Source of the DNA: Candidatus Ozemobacteraceae bacterium
GTDB taxonomy: Bacteria; Muiribacteriota; Ozemobacteria; Ozemobacterales; Ozemobacteraceae
Direction of reading: 5' to 3'
Length of the DNA: 64,000 nucleotides
NCBI GenBank assembly: GCA_965140445.1
Contig: OZ223236.1
Span: 4,128,001 to 4,192,000 of the forward strand
Under the pieces are notes generated by a model. It did not search any database. It was not told the origin of the DNA and saw only the letters and a program-made list of their open reading frames with translations. A program made the translations under genes and the position numbers. Shown here one piece after another: positions 9,890 through 19,465 of the stretch. Each line of letters starts with the position of its first letter. Positions within the stretch are counted from its first letter, which is position 1.

Positions 9890-10072
9890 ATGAGTCTATT
9901 TAATAGTTTAACTGCGATGTATTTGTTATTTGCTTTTGCCTTTGAGGCTTTTTCACTAGGATTCATTGGACTGGATGAAAAGTGCAAAGGTGGAAGATTC
10001 AATTGGCTGCTATTTACACTTTTTACTGGCCCAATTGGTTTCATTGCCTACTTTCTTAAAGGAAGAAACTAA
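9890..10072 (+). CDS. Small two-TM membrane protein (PLDc_N-like)
   Basis: 60 aa, GGAG SD; WLLFTLFTGPIGFIAYFL resembles the W..P..G...Y pattern of PLDc_N-type domains. Confidence 0.65.
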   Translation: MSLFNSLTAMYLLFAFAFEAFSLGFIGLDEKCKGGRFNWLLFTLFTGPIGFIAYFLKGRN

Positions 10073-10105
10073 CACCCTTAGCGCAACAAAAAACGGCTTA
10101 AAACA

Positions 10106-10148
10106 AACAAAATCAGGAATCAAGCTTTGCTTTTTTCCTGATTTTGTT
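10106..10148. terminator. Inverted repeat, probable terminator
   Basis: AACAAAATCAGGAA (10106-10119) / TTCCTGATTTTGTT (10135-10148), 14-bp perfect stem. Confidence 0.55.
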
Positions 10149-10206
10149 GTTGCTAGCGATTCTTAAATTGTCTACCATTCATAAAGATATAAAACGGAGG
10201 CAAGGA

Positions 10207-12618
10207 ATTAGTAAAAGAAAAGTTCTCTTTATTTTGCTTTTTGCAGTTATGACAACTTTCACCCCAAGAATAATGGCAGGAACTATGTATAAACAACCAG
10301 AACAAAGAATTATTGATATTGTAGACGCCCCTAATCCACCTCAACTCTCTGTTAGTCCACAGGGCAAAACAGCAATACTTGTTGAATATAGTTTTCATCT
10401 TGATCTTGAAGATCTTGGGGAGCCTTGGGTTGGTCTGGCAGGAGTAAGAATCTTAACCAGATATAACATTGAAAAAAGACGCTACTTTGTAAAAAAAATG
10501 TATATTCTGGACATGGAAACTGGTAAGAAAAAAGAGCTTCAAATGCCTGAAAAGAGCCGGTTTGGATTCCCAAATTGGACCAGTAACGGCAAAAAAATAA
10601 TTGCCGCAAACTATAAAATTGGCGGTTCTGAGTTATGGGTATTTGACCCTGAAACTGGATCTGGAAAAGCAATAACTCCAGCGCGATTGAACCCGGTTTT
10701 AATGAACCCTTTTTATATTTTTGCTGATTCCGAAACCATGATTGTACCTTTATATCCTGAAAATCGCGGTAAAGCTCTAGAGAAGGACTTGATCCCGGAA
10801 GGACCGGAAATACAGGAAACAACAGGATCTGTTTCCAAGGTGCGAACATATCAAGATTTGCTCCGCAACTCTTATGATGAAAAACTATTTGAATACTATG
10901 CAACTTCAGAATTGGCGGTTGTTAATTTAAACACTGGTGAATCTAAAATACTTGGCAAACCAGATCTCTATTCTTCAATTCGTCCTTCCCACGATGGAAA
11001 ACACTTCATTGTAAAAAGGATCAAAAAGCCCTTTTCCTATACTGTTCCATATTCTCGCTTTGGATATGAGCTTGAAATCTGGAATGAAGAAGGAAAAAAT
11101 ATTAAAACAATTGTAAGTCAGCCTTTAGCAGAAGAAATTCCTATTGAGGGAGTTAGAACTGGAACTCGCCTTGCCTTCTGGCAAATGCAGTTTTCCGACA
11201 GAATACTCATTGCTGAAGCTTTAGACAATGGGGATCCAAATAAGAAAGCCGAATACAGAGACTCTATAAAAATTCTTGAAGCTCCATTTACAGGAGAGCC
11301 TAGAGAAATTGTAAAATTGCCGTTTAGATTTTATGGTCTCCATTGGCTTGAAAATAAAAATCTGGCAATCACAATGGACTACGATAGAGATAGCAGATGG
11401 TATTATCAACGTTTGATAAATCTTGATAAAACGAATGTAGCATCTGAATGTCCTGTAATATTTTCACGAAACCGATCTGATGCCTATAAAGATGAAGGCG
11501 AACCTATCTATACTGAAAAAAATGGCTACAATTATGCGATCCTTGAGGATGACAAATGGCTATATCTCGCCGGAAGTGGTGCCACTCCAGAAGGATTCAA
11601 ACCCTTTCTTAATAAATTCAATATTTATACAAAAGAAAAGATCGAGCTATTCAGATCTGATCTAAAAGCCCTGGAAGCCTTCGAAGCTTTTTATGATAGC
11701 TCTTTAAAAACAATTGTTACTTCAAAGGAAGATCCTGAACACCCCAGAAATTACTTTAAAAGAACCTTAAAAAACGGCAAACTTTCAGACCCAGTTGCAC
11801 TGACTCATTTTGAATCTCCTGCACCAGAAATTGCGGCAGTAAAAAAAGAACTGATAAAATATACCAGAAAAGATGGAATCCCACTTTCTGGAACTCTTTA
11901 TTACCCCCAAAACTATGTGCCTGGAAAGAAATATCCAACCGTTCTATGGGCTTACCCCCGGGAATACACAGACGCCAGTGTAGCAGGGCAAGTTCGCAGC
12001 GCATCTAACAAATATGCAAGGATTGCCGGATCATCGATTTTGTTCTTTGTTTTAAATGGTTATGCAGTTTTAGATAACGCGGAAATACCTGTTGTCGGGG
12101 ACCCATTAACTGCTAATGATACTTTTGTTGAACAAATTTCAGCAGGAGCAGAAGCTGCAGTAAACAAACTTGTGGAAATGGGTATCGCTGATAGAAAAAA
12201 AATAGGTGTAGCAGGACATTCCTATGGAGCATTTATGGTTGCAAACCTGCTTGCGCACACCGATTTGTTTGCAGCTGGAATTTCTCGCAGCGGAGCCTAC
12301 AACAGAACACTCACCCCATTTGGCTTTCAAGGCGAAAGACGAACCTTCTGGGAAGCTCAGGATATTTACATGAAGCTTTCGCCATTTTCAGTGGCTGATA
12401 AGATTAATGAGCCATTGCTTCTAATTCACGGAGAGAAAGACCCAAACCCAGGAACTTTTCCACTGCAGAGCAGAAGAATGTATGCAGCAATAAAAGGACA
12501 TGGCGGAACAGCCAGACTTGTGGTTCTACCTTGTGAAGGTCATGGTTATGAAGCCAGGGAATCGGTGCTACATGTTCTTTATGAAATGTTTGAATGGTTT
12601 GATAAGTATCTGAAGTAA
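10207..12618 (+). CDS. S9 family prolyl oligopeptidase / glutamyl endopeptidase-like serine peptidase
   Basis: Beta-propeller N-domain; GHSYG nucleophile, RSGAYNRTLTPFGFQ, LLIHGEKD, EGHGY. Start uncertain: the ORF track gives TTG 10144, but SD and signal peptide favour ATT 10207. Confidence 0.9.
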   Translation: MSKRKVLFILLFAVMTTFTPRIMAGTMYKQPEQRIIDIVDAPNPPQLSVSPQGKTAILVEYSFHLDLEDLGEPWVGLAGVRILTRYNIEKRRYFVKKMYILDMETGKKKELQMPEKSRFGFPNWTSNGKKIIAANYKIGGSELWVFDPETGSGKAITPARLNPVLMNPFYIFADSETMIVPLYPENRGKALEKDLIPEGPEIQETTGSVSKVRTYQDLLRNSYDEKLFEYYATSELAVVNLNTGESKILGKPDLYSSIRPSHDGKHFIVKRIKKPFSYTVPYSRFGYELEIWNEEGKNIKTIVSQPLAEEIPIEGVRTGTRLAFWQMQFSDRILIAEALDNGDPNKKAEYRDSIKILEAPFTGEPREIVKLPFRFYGLHWLENKNLAITMDYDRDSRWYYQRLINLDKTNVASECPVIFSRNRSDAYKDEGEPIYTEKNGYNYAILEDDKWLYLAGSGATPEGFKPFLNKFNIYTKEKIELFRSDLKALEAFEAFYDSSLKTIVTSKEDPEHPRNYFKRTLKNGKLSDPVALTHFESPAPEIAAVKKELIKYTRKDGIPLSGTLYYPQNYVPGKKYPTVLWAYPREYTDASVAGQVRSASNKYARIAGSSILFFVLNGYAVLDNAEIPVVGDPLTANDTFVEQISAGAEAAVNKLVEMGIADRKKIGVAGHSYGAFMVANLLAHTDLFAAGISRSGAYNRTLTPFGFQGERRTFWEAQDIYMKLSPFSVADKINEPLLLIHGEKDPNPGTFPLQSRRMYAAIKGHGGTARLVVLPCEGHGYEARESVLHVLYEMFEWFDKYLK

Positions 12619-12619
12619 G

Positions 12620-12672
12620 AAAAAAAGAATATCCCCGCATATAGCAATTTAAGCTATTTGCGGGGATATTTT
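12620..12672. terminator. Bidirectional intrinsic terminator between convergent genes
   Basis: AATATCCCCGCA...TGCGGGGATATT flanked by A and T runs. Confidence 0.85.
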
Positions 12673-12697
12673 GTTATTAACCAGTTAATGAAAGGAA

Positions 12698-14308
12698 TTA
12701 AGGAACTCTCATCATAAGTAGCTCAATATTTGATCCTTGAGTTGATTCAACTCGAAACCTGTAACTGGTAAATGAAGATCCAGCATTCTGTCTGATTACA
12801 TAAAATGCAGAAGAATATGCTGGTAATGTAATCTGGGAAGTAGAATACCCATAAGATACTTCAGTGAAGGATAGTGGGAGATTCAAAGTAGCTGAATACT
12901 TATATTTACTGTCAATGGCAGCAAGATTGCTAATGTAGCCTCTTTGTTTTAAACCATCAACAAGAACTGCCATTGCCCAATCTCTATAAATGCCGTTCAT
13001 GCCACCACGAGAAGCAAAGTTTGCATTAATATTACTTGTTCCAAGAACGGATGCATTTACAATATTTTTAATTGAAGCTGCCCCACCCTGCTCATATAGA
13101 TATAAACCAAAAAGACCAACCTGGCCGTATTCAGAAAGATTTCTACTAAATGAAGTCAACCCAAAGCTGCTTGGAGATCCAGCCCAAAGGGTAAATCTAT
13201 TTTCCGTGGCAGAGCTGCCTCTCAGCATTCTATATCTTGCTTCGGAACTTACCGACATTCCTTCATCCAGCCACTCATGCTCCATTTGGTTAACATTGTT
13301 AAAGAAATAATGGGCGCTGTGATTGGCAAGATGCTGCATTTCATGACAGATAGTTTCCCGACTTGCTTCTTTCCATCTGTCACCAACCCAATTATTATCA
13401 GGGTCAGGGGAAAATATAGCAATCATATCTCTCTGATTACTGTTTGCATTTGTAGTTAAGTTATTAGTATTAAAAAGTCCAGCAAATCCTATTTTGCTGT
13501 ACACGGGTGAAAAAACGATAGAAACTCTACCATCATTGTCAATATCATAGGTTGGAGAATAATTCTGAGTAATTAGGGGCCAGATATGTGTTTCAAATTC
13601 GCTGGCAAAATGATCCAGATCAGCTGAAGAAATGGCACTTGTTCCGGAAATCGCACTCAAGCCAAAGTGACTTTCCTGATCCACAAAAATTTTACAATGG
13701 GCGGTAAGTCTTTCAAGTTTACAATTTTTGGTAACATATGAAACCCCAAACTGATCAGCAACAATACTCAAAGGCACAACTGAACCTACAACCTCAGCGG
13801 AATGATCTGAAGCTCTAATGGATTTTTGTAAACCAGGTATTTTCTTTGTAGCATTCAATCTGTAATCAGCACGCATTTTACTTTCAAAAGCTTTCTGATT
13901 CTGATATCTCCCGGATAAAGTTGAGTTATCAATGACTAGATTGTTGGTTCTGACTGGCGTTACAACATTTCCAAGAACATAGGATTCTGGCATTAATCTG
14001 ACCGTCTGGGCAGACCCAGATACATTTGATACGGTTAAAGCAAAACGAACCTGCTCTGAATTCACAGGAATCTCAATTGCAGTATTTTTGGCTGTTGTAG
14101 CATAATTGTACATTACCGCAGGATTTGCCAGTATTGTGGTATTTGGGGCTGTAACTGCGTCCGGAGCGTAATCTGTTCCGGAGGATACAGGGTTTGTAGA
14201 CCCTCCGCCGCCTCCGCCACAACCCGTAAGAACAAGTGCAAGCGAAATTACCAGAAACCAACCAATGGGTTTTAGAACTAACCTGTTTTTCATTTTGTTT
14301 ACCTTCAT
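12698..14308 (-). CDS. Lipoprotein zinc metallopeptidase (M30/hyicolysin-like gluzincin)
   Basis: Lipobox LTGC plus Gly6 linker; DIDNDGRVSIVF, TICHEMQHL, WLDEGMS. Confidence 0.78.
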   Translation of the reverse strand: MKVNKMKNRLVLKPIGWFLVISLALVLTGCGGGGGGSTNPVSSGTDYAPDAVTAPNTTILANPAVMYNYATTAKNTAIEIPVNSEQVRFALTVSNVSGSAQTVRLMPESYVLGNVVTPVRTNNLVIDNSTLSGRYQNQKAFESKMRADYRLNATKKIPGLQKSIRASDHSAEVVGSVVPLSIVADQFGVSYVTKNCKLERLTAHCKIFVDQESHFGLSAISGTSAISSADLDHFASEFETHIWPLITQNYSPTYDIDNDGRVSIVFSPVYSKIGFAGLFNTNNLTTNANSNQRDMIAIFSPDPDNNWVGDRWKEASRETICHEMQHLANHSAHYFFNNVNQMEHEWLDEGMSVSSEARYRMLRGSSATENRFTLWAGSPSSFGLTSFSRNLSEYGQVGLFGLYLYEQGGAASIKNIVNASVLGTSNINANFASRGGMNGIYRDWAMAVLVDGLKQRGYISNLAAIDSKYKYSATLNLPLSFTEVSYGYSTSQITLPAYSSAFYVIRQNAGSSFTSYRFRVESTQGSNIELLMMRVP

Positions 14309-14461
14309 TAATTTGTTTTCTAACCTAAAATATGTCTAAAGAATACTGAAATTTCCATATAAAAAGTGTAAAGTTTTCTAAATTCTAACCTTTTTTAGAA
14401 AAAAAATCCTCAATTAAATACGCCAATTCCTTTTACTGTTAATTGCTTGCAGCCTATAGAA

Positions 14462-14490
14462 TTGACAAGAACATTTATTAAGAGTAGTTT
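14462..14490 (+). promoter_or_regulatory. Sigma70-type promoter of the ABC exporter operon
   Basis: TTGACA (14462-14467), 17 nt, TAGTTT (14485-14490). Confidence 0.55.
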
Positions 14491-14499
14491 GTTGCAACC

Positions 14500-16302
14500 A
14501 TGACAAAGTCAGATGACCAAACTCAGCAAACCCCATTAAAAAAAGCATTAGAACTCCTTTTGCCCTACAAAATGGAACTCGGAGCCGGACTCATCTCATT
14601 GATCATTGTAGACGTTGCAGATGTTCTTCCACCCTTGCTTATAAAATATGCTGTTGATGGCATAGAAAGTGGTAAACCGCTTAATTACATTTTGAAAATT
14701 GCAGGAGCTATTGTCGCAATAGCTTTCCTTCAAGGTTTTTTCCGATTTCTTTGGCGAAAATTCTTTATAGGAACGAGCCACAAAGTTTGCTATGACCTCC
14801 GCAAGGAAATGTTTGGGCATCTACTTAAGCTTCCGTTTCATTATTTTAACAGAACCAGAACTGGTGACATTATGTCTAGAATGACTAACGATCTCCAGGA
14901 AATTCGCATGATGATGGGAATAGGAATTTTAGTTTTTCTGGATGCTTCTTTCTATTTTTTAACAATCCCTGCTCTGATGATTTATTTATCATGGGAACTT
15001 ACTTTAAAAATACTGCTCCCAATGCTCTTACTGCCATTTCTTGTTCATAAAGTTAAACAATACATTCACAAATACTCAAGAAATGTGCAGGCCAGCCTTT
15101 CAGACATATCTTCTGTTGCAGAAGAAAGCATATCTGGCATTAAAGTCGTAAAAGGCTTTGCAATTGAAAAAAGTGAGAATGAGAAATTTGAAAAAGCTGG
15201 ATTGAATTTTCTAAACAACAAAATGAAATTGGCTTTAATTGAAGCAATTTTTCATCCCACGATTATGATGCTTATGGCTGCCACAATGATTATCCTCATT
15301 GTTTCCGGTGGGAAAATGGTTATAACCGGAGCTATGACCATAGGCTCCTTTATCGCATTTCAAACCTATCTTATAAAACTTGGCTGGCCGATGATGGGTA
15401 TTGGATGGGTTATCAACCTCTATCAGAGAAGTATGGCATCAATGGAAAGATGTCAGAAAATGCTCGAAGAGATCCCGGAAGAGGCCTTTCCAGACAATAA
15501 AGAACCTGAAATAATGTCCGAAGAAAAAAAAGTGCCCCAGTACAATCAAATTCAACTCAGAGTAAAAAATCTTAGCTTTAGATTTGCAGACGGCAATCAT
15601 GATTGTCTAAAAAATATCAACCTGACCCTTAAAAGCGGAGAAGTATTAGGAATAACAGGACCAATAGGAAGTGGAAAAACCACATTATTACGACTATTGA
15701 TGAGGATTTTTGAGCCAGAATCTAATCAAATATTTTTAAACGAAACAGATACAAAAAACCTTAGCTTGAATGATATAAGAGGGCTTTTTTCCTATGTTCC
15801 TCAAGACACATTTTTATTTTCAGAATCCATTAGAGAGAATGTTCTTTTCGCTCAAGACAATAAAGACGACTCCTTATCTGCACTAAAATTTGCAGAAGCA
15901 GCTGGTTTGAAAGCCGACATTGAAGATCTTCCTGATGGCATAGAAAGCCTATTGGGAGAAAGAGGCGTAAATCTATCCGGAGGGCAGAAACAAAGAATTG
16001 CTCTTGCGAGGGCAATTGCTTGTGAAGCTCCGATTTTGGTTCTGGACGACTGCACCAGTGCTGTAGATGCCGAAACAGAGCAATTCATACTCAACAGTCT
16101 AAATGCCAAAGAAGAAAAAAAATCACTGATTATAGTTTCACATAGGTTGGTCAGCTTAAAAGAGGCTGATCAAATCATATTTTTAGATAATGGCACTATT
16201 ATCGAGCGTGGCACCCATACTGACCTGTTAGCACAAAATGGAAAATATGCAAAGCTCTGGGAAAAACAGATGTTAAGTGAAAAACTGGAGTCTGAAGCAT
16301 GA
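14500..16302 (+). CDS. ABC exporter, fused permease/ATPase subunit A (MdlA/YheI-like)
   Basis: 6-TM domain, Walker A GPIGSGKT, signature LSGGQKQR, degenerate Walker B ILVLDD. Confidence 0.93.
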   Translation: MTKSDDQTQQTPLKKALELLLPYKMELGAGLISLIIVDVADVLPPLLIKYAVDGIESGKPLNYILKIAGAIVAIAFLQGFFRFLWRKFFIGTSHKVCYDLRKEMFGHLLKLPFHYFNRTRTGDIMSRMTNDLQEIRMMMGIGILVFLDASFYFLTIPALMIYLSWELTLKILLPMLLLPFLVHKVKQYIHKYSRNVQASLSDISSVAEESISGIKVVKGFAIEKSENEKFEKAGLNFLNNKMKLALIEAIFHPTIMMLMAATMIILIVSGGKMVITGAMTIGSFIAFQTYLIKLGWPMMGIGWVINLYQRSMASMERCQKMLEEIPEEAFPDNKEPEIMSEEKKVPQYNQIQLRVKNLSFRFADGNHDCLKNINLTLKSGEVLGITGPIGSGKTTLLRLLMRIFEPESNQIFLNETDTKNLSLNDIRGLFSYVPQDTFLFSESIRENVLFAQDNKDDSLSALKFAEAAGLKADIEDLPDGIESLLGERGVNLSGGQKQRIALARAIACEAPILVLDDCTSAVDAETEQFILNSLNAKEEKKSLIIVSHRLVSLKEADQIIFLDNGTIIERGTHTDLLAQNGKYAKLWEKQMLSEKLESEA

Positions 16303-18074
16303 GATCCGGCAATTCCTATTTCAACAGCGATGACATAAATAAAAAGATCTACGATCACCGCTTGATGATGCGAATTATTCCATTCCTGAAGCCATACAGC
16401 AAAACTTTCTTATTGGCGATTTTTTTAACGTTTTTTAGTACCCTTTGTCAATTAACGGTTCCGTGGGTCGTAGGAAGAATAGTGGACACCGCTCTTAAGC
16501 CTAAAAACCTGGAGAATCTATATTATCTCGCCTTTATTTATGGTTCGCTTAGAGCAGCCGCATTTTTTGCCTACTTCGGGGAATCATATTTTCTTCAACT
16601 TTCAGGACAGAAAGTACTTAATGATCTGAGAAATAAAATTTTCCGACATATGCAAAGTCTTCCTATGACCTTCTTCGATAAAAATCCTACAGGTAGACTT
16701 TTAACCAGAGTGACCAATGACGTCGTTACTCTGGCTGAATTGTTTTCTGCCGCTCTGGTAAATGTTCTTGGCGATTTAATGCAAATAGTTGGAATTACTC
16801 TTGTTATGCTGGGGTTAAGCTTAAAACTTGGCGCAGCGACTCTTTCTATAATGCCTCTACTATTTATTACAGCATGGTTTCTTACAGTAAAAATGCGAAT
16901 TACCTATCGCGATGTCAGGGCAAAACTAGCCCAGCTGAATACTTCAATTGTTGAAAGCATTTCAGGAATGGGTGTCATCCAGGTTTTTCGCCGTCAATTT
17001 GAGCGTGCCGGGAAATTTAATAAAATGAATGAAAGCCATAGAGAAGCTGAACTAAAATCAGTCTTTTACAATTCATTCTTCCGACCTGTATCAAAAGTTA
17101 TTAATGCGCTAACCACCTTTATAATAATTGGATACGGGGCCTATCTCTCTCAGCAGGGGCAGGTAAGCATAGGTTTGCTGGTTGCCTTTATCGGGTATAT
17201 ACAACATCTCTTTGAACCGATCCAAAATCTTAGTGAAAAAGTTTCCGTTTTCCAAAGTGCAATGGCATCTGCGGAAAGAATTTTTATTCTTCTTGAAGAA
17301 ACTCCTGAAGTTGATGATGATTCAGCAACTGACTTTATTGGCATTAACAAGTCAATAGAGTTTAAAAATCTTAACTTTTCCTACTCCAAGGATAAGCCTG
17401 TTTTAAAGGACCTTAGCTTCCGCATAGAAAAAGGAGAAAGAGTTGCAATTGTTGGCCATACCGGAGCAGGCAAAACTACTATCGCCTCAATCTTAAAAAG
17501 ATTTTATGAAATTTCCGATGGCGATGTTCTCCTGGATAATAAGCCTTTAAAAAGCTTTTCAAAAAGTAGTCTCAGGCGAAAGATCGCACTTATACAGCAA
17601 GACGTGTTTATATTCTCAGGTTCAATTATTGATAACATATTGCCTGGCCAGAGTGAAAAGAACCACGAAAAAGCGCTTGGAATTATAAAAGAACTCGAAA
17701 TGGAAAACTTTGTAAAGAACCTTCCAGAAGGCCTGGACACGGAGATCATGGAAAGAGGTAGTAACTTATCATCAGGGCAAAAACAACTGATAGCCTTTTC
17801 CCGCGCAATGGCATTTGAACCAGAAATATTGATCCTGGATGAAGCAACTTCCTCTGTTGACACTGAAACGGAGCAGGTTGTTCAAAAGGCTATTTCAAGG
17901 TTAACATCAAACAAAACCAGCATAATTATTGCTCACCGACTATCGACAATAAAAAACTGCGATAAAATTATAGTTCTGCATCATGGCAGAATGATTGAGC
18001 AAGGCACACATGCCGAGCTCTTAAACAAGCGTGGGCACTATTATACCCTGAACAAAATTCAGTTCTCGGAATAA
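16299..18074 (+). CDS. ABC exporter, fused permease/ATPase subunit B (MdlB/YheH-like)
   Basis: TMD, GHTGAGKT, degenerate signature LSSGQ, ILILDEAT, AHRLST; ATGA overlap with subunit A, typical of a heterodimeric exporter. Confidence 0.93.
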   Translation: MRSGNSYFNSDDINKKIYDHRLMMRIIPFLKPYSKTFLLAIFLTFFSTLCQLTVPWVVGRIVDTALKPKNLENLYYLAFIYGSLRAAAFFAYFGESYFLQLSGQKVLNDLRNKIFRHMQSLPMTFFDKNPTGRLLTRVTNDVVTLAELFSAALVNVLGDLMQIVGITLVMLGLSLKLGAATLSIMPLLFITAWFLTVKMRITYRDVRAKLAQLNTSIVESISGMGVIQVFRRQFERAGKFNKMNESHREAELKSVFYNSFFRPVSKVINALTTFIIIGYGAYLSQQGQVSIGLLVAFIGYIQHLFEPIQNLSEKVSVFQSAMASAERIFILLEETPEVDDDSATDFIGINKSIEFKNLNFSYSKDKPVLKDLSFRIEKGERVAIVGHTGAGKTTIASILKRFYEISDGDVLLDNKPLKSFSKSSLRRKIALIQQDVFIFSGSIIDNILPGQSEKNHEKALGIIKELEMENFVKNLPEGLDTEIMERGSNLSSGQKQLIAFSRAMAFEPEILILDEATSSVDTETEQVVQKAISRLTSNKTSIIIAHRLSTIKNCDKIIVLHHGRMIEQGTHAELLNKRGHYYTLNKIQFSE

Positions 18075-18131
18075 TGAATTATTGCGCCAGATGAAAGTGA
18101 TATTGTAAAGTTTCCTATCCGGAGAAATTAA

Positions 18132-18809
18132 ATGACAAAATTTGCAAAATATATTGAATCTCTAAGAGAAACCCCTGGAGAGAACCTTTTCAATCCCTGG
18201 TGGGAAAGAGATGAAGACAATGACGATTATACAAATTCGCCTGAAATAAGAAGACATCAGCTTAAGACATATCTGGAAGAAAGGGAGACTTCTACACGAT
18301 TTCTTCTTGTCGCTGAGGCTCTTGGTTATCAGGGAGGACATTTTACTGGCATAGCAATGACCTCTGAAAGAATTATTACAGGAAAAATGCTTCACAAAGG
18401 CATTAAGCCCGAACATGTTTTTACAAAAATAGAGCCAACAAGAACAAGCTCAGAGACAGCAAAAAAAGACGGATTTTCAGAGCCAACAGCAACTATTGTC
18501 TGGGGACATCTATTAGAACTGGGTTTGGACCCCTACTCTTTTACGCTCTGGAATGCTCTTCCATGGCACCCTTATAATCCAGCAAAAGGTTTATTGTCAA
18601 ACAGGACACCATCAAACAAAGAGATGGAAGCCGGATTAAAAAAGCTGGAAGACCTGATCTCTATTTTAAAACCTGAAAAAATAGTAGCGGTTGGGGAAAA
18701 GTCTTCTGTACAGCTCCAAACCCTTGGTTTAGAATTTTCAAAAGTCAGGCATCCAGCCAATGGCGGTGCTGGAAAATTTCGCGATCAGTTTTCTGAGCTA
18801 ATGAAATAA
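18132..18809 (+). CDS. Uracil-DNA glycosylase superfamily protein
   Basis: Motif 1 VAEALGYQGG, WNALPWHP, NRTP, motif 2 RHPANGG. Confidence 0.85.
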   Translation: MTKFAKYIESLRETPGENLFNPWWERDEDNDDYTNSPEIRRHQLKTYLEERETSTRFLLVAEALGYQGGHFTGIAMTSERIITGKMLHKGIKPEHVFTKIEPTRTSSETAKKDGFSEPTATIVWGHLLELGLDPYSFTLWNALPWHPYNPAKGLLSNRTPSNKEMEAGLKKLEDLISILKPEKIVAVGEKSSVQLQTLGLEFSKVRHPANGGAGKFRDQFSELMK

Positions 18810-18820
18810 AGAGGAAAAAA

Positions 18821-19282
18821 ATGGCAATTTATCTTGTTCAACATGGCGAGGCTAAGTCAAAAGAAGAAGACCCGGAAAGACCACTTTCAGCAACGGGGAT
18901 AAAAAATGCAGTACATATGGCTAATATTGCAAATTATTACATGATCCCAGTGAGCAGAATTTTGCATAGTGACAAATTGCGATCCATTGAAACAGCGACA
19001 ATCTTCAAGGAAAAATTGAATTGCGATACACCACTTGAAAAAGTAGATGGTATCGGTCCAAATGATGACGTCATAAAATTTTCTGAAAATTTGTGTCCCA
19101 ACTCAAATTTAATGATTGTTGGTCACCTTCCCTTTTTAAATAAATTAGCTTCATACCTTCTTACCGGGTCAATTGAATTTCCTATTTTTCAATTTCAAAA
19201 CTCAGGAATCCTTTGTCTTTATAAATTAGATGATTCAAAGTTCTGGCAAATAAAATGGTCGTTTTTACGAAATATCAGCTGA
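18821..19282 (+). CDS. sixA: Phosphohistidine phosphatase SixA
   Basis: YLVQHGEA, DPERPLS, HSDKLRSIETA, MIVGHLP. Confidence 0.85.
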   Translation: MAIYLVQHGEAKSKEEDPERPLSATGIKNAVHMANIANYYMIPVSRILHSDKLRSIETATIFKEKLNCDTPLEKVDGIGPNDDVIKFSENLCPNSNLMIVGHLPFLNKLASYLLTGSIEFPIFQFQNSGILCLYKLDDSKFWQIKWSFLRNIS

Positions 19283-19465
19283 TTTATTGAGCTCGACGAT
19301 CTTGAGCCTGCAAGTAGAAAAATTAATCCAGAGTGTTTCTGACAAGTATTCTGTCCCAATTTGCTGTATTGCAAAATTTCAGGGTTACGATTATCTCTTT
19401 TCTGTGATATAATATTGCAATTAATTTAGCACCTGTTGTGCAATTCACATTTAAGGAGTCAGGCA

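Noticed and set aside
18821..19282. Inactive SixA because RHG reads QHG
   Set aside because: The catalytic His and downstream Arg/His residues are retained, and QHG variants are familiar in this family.
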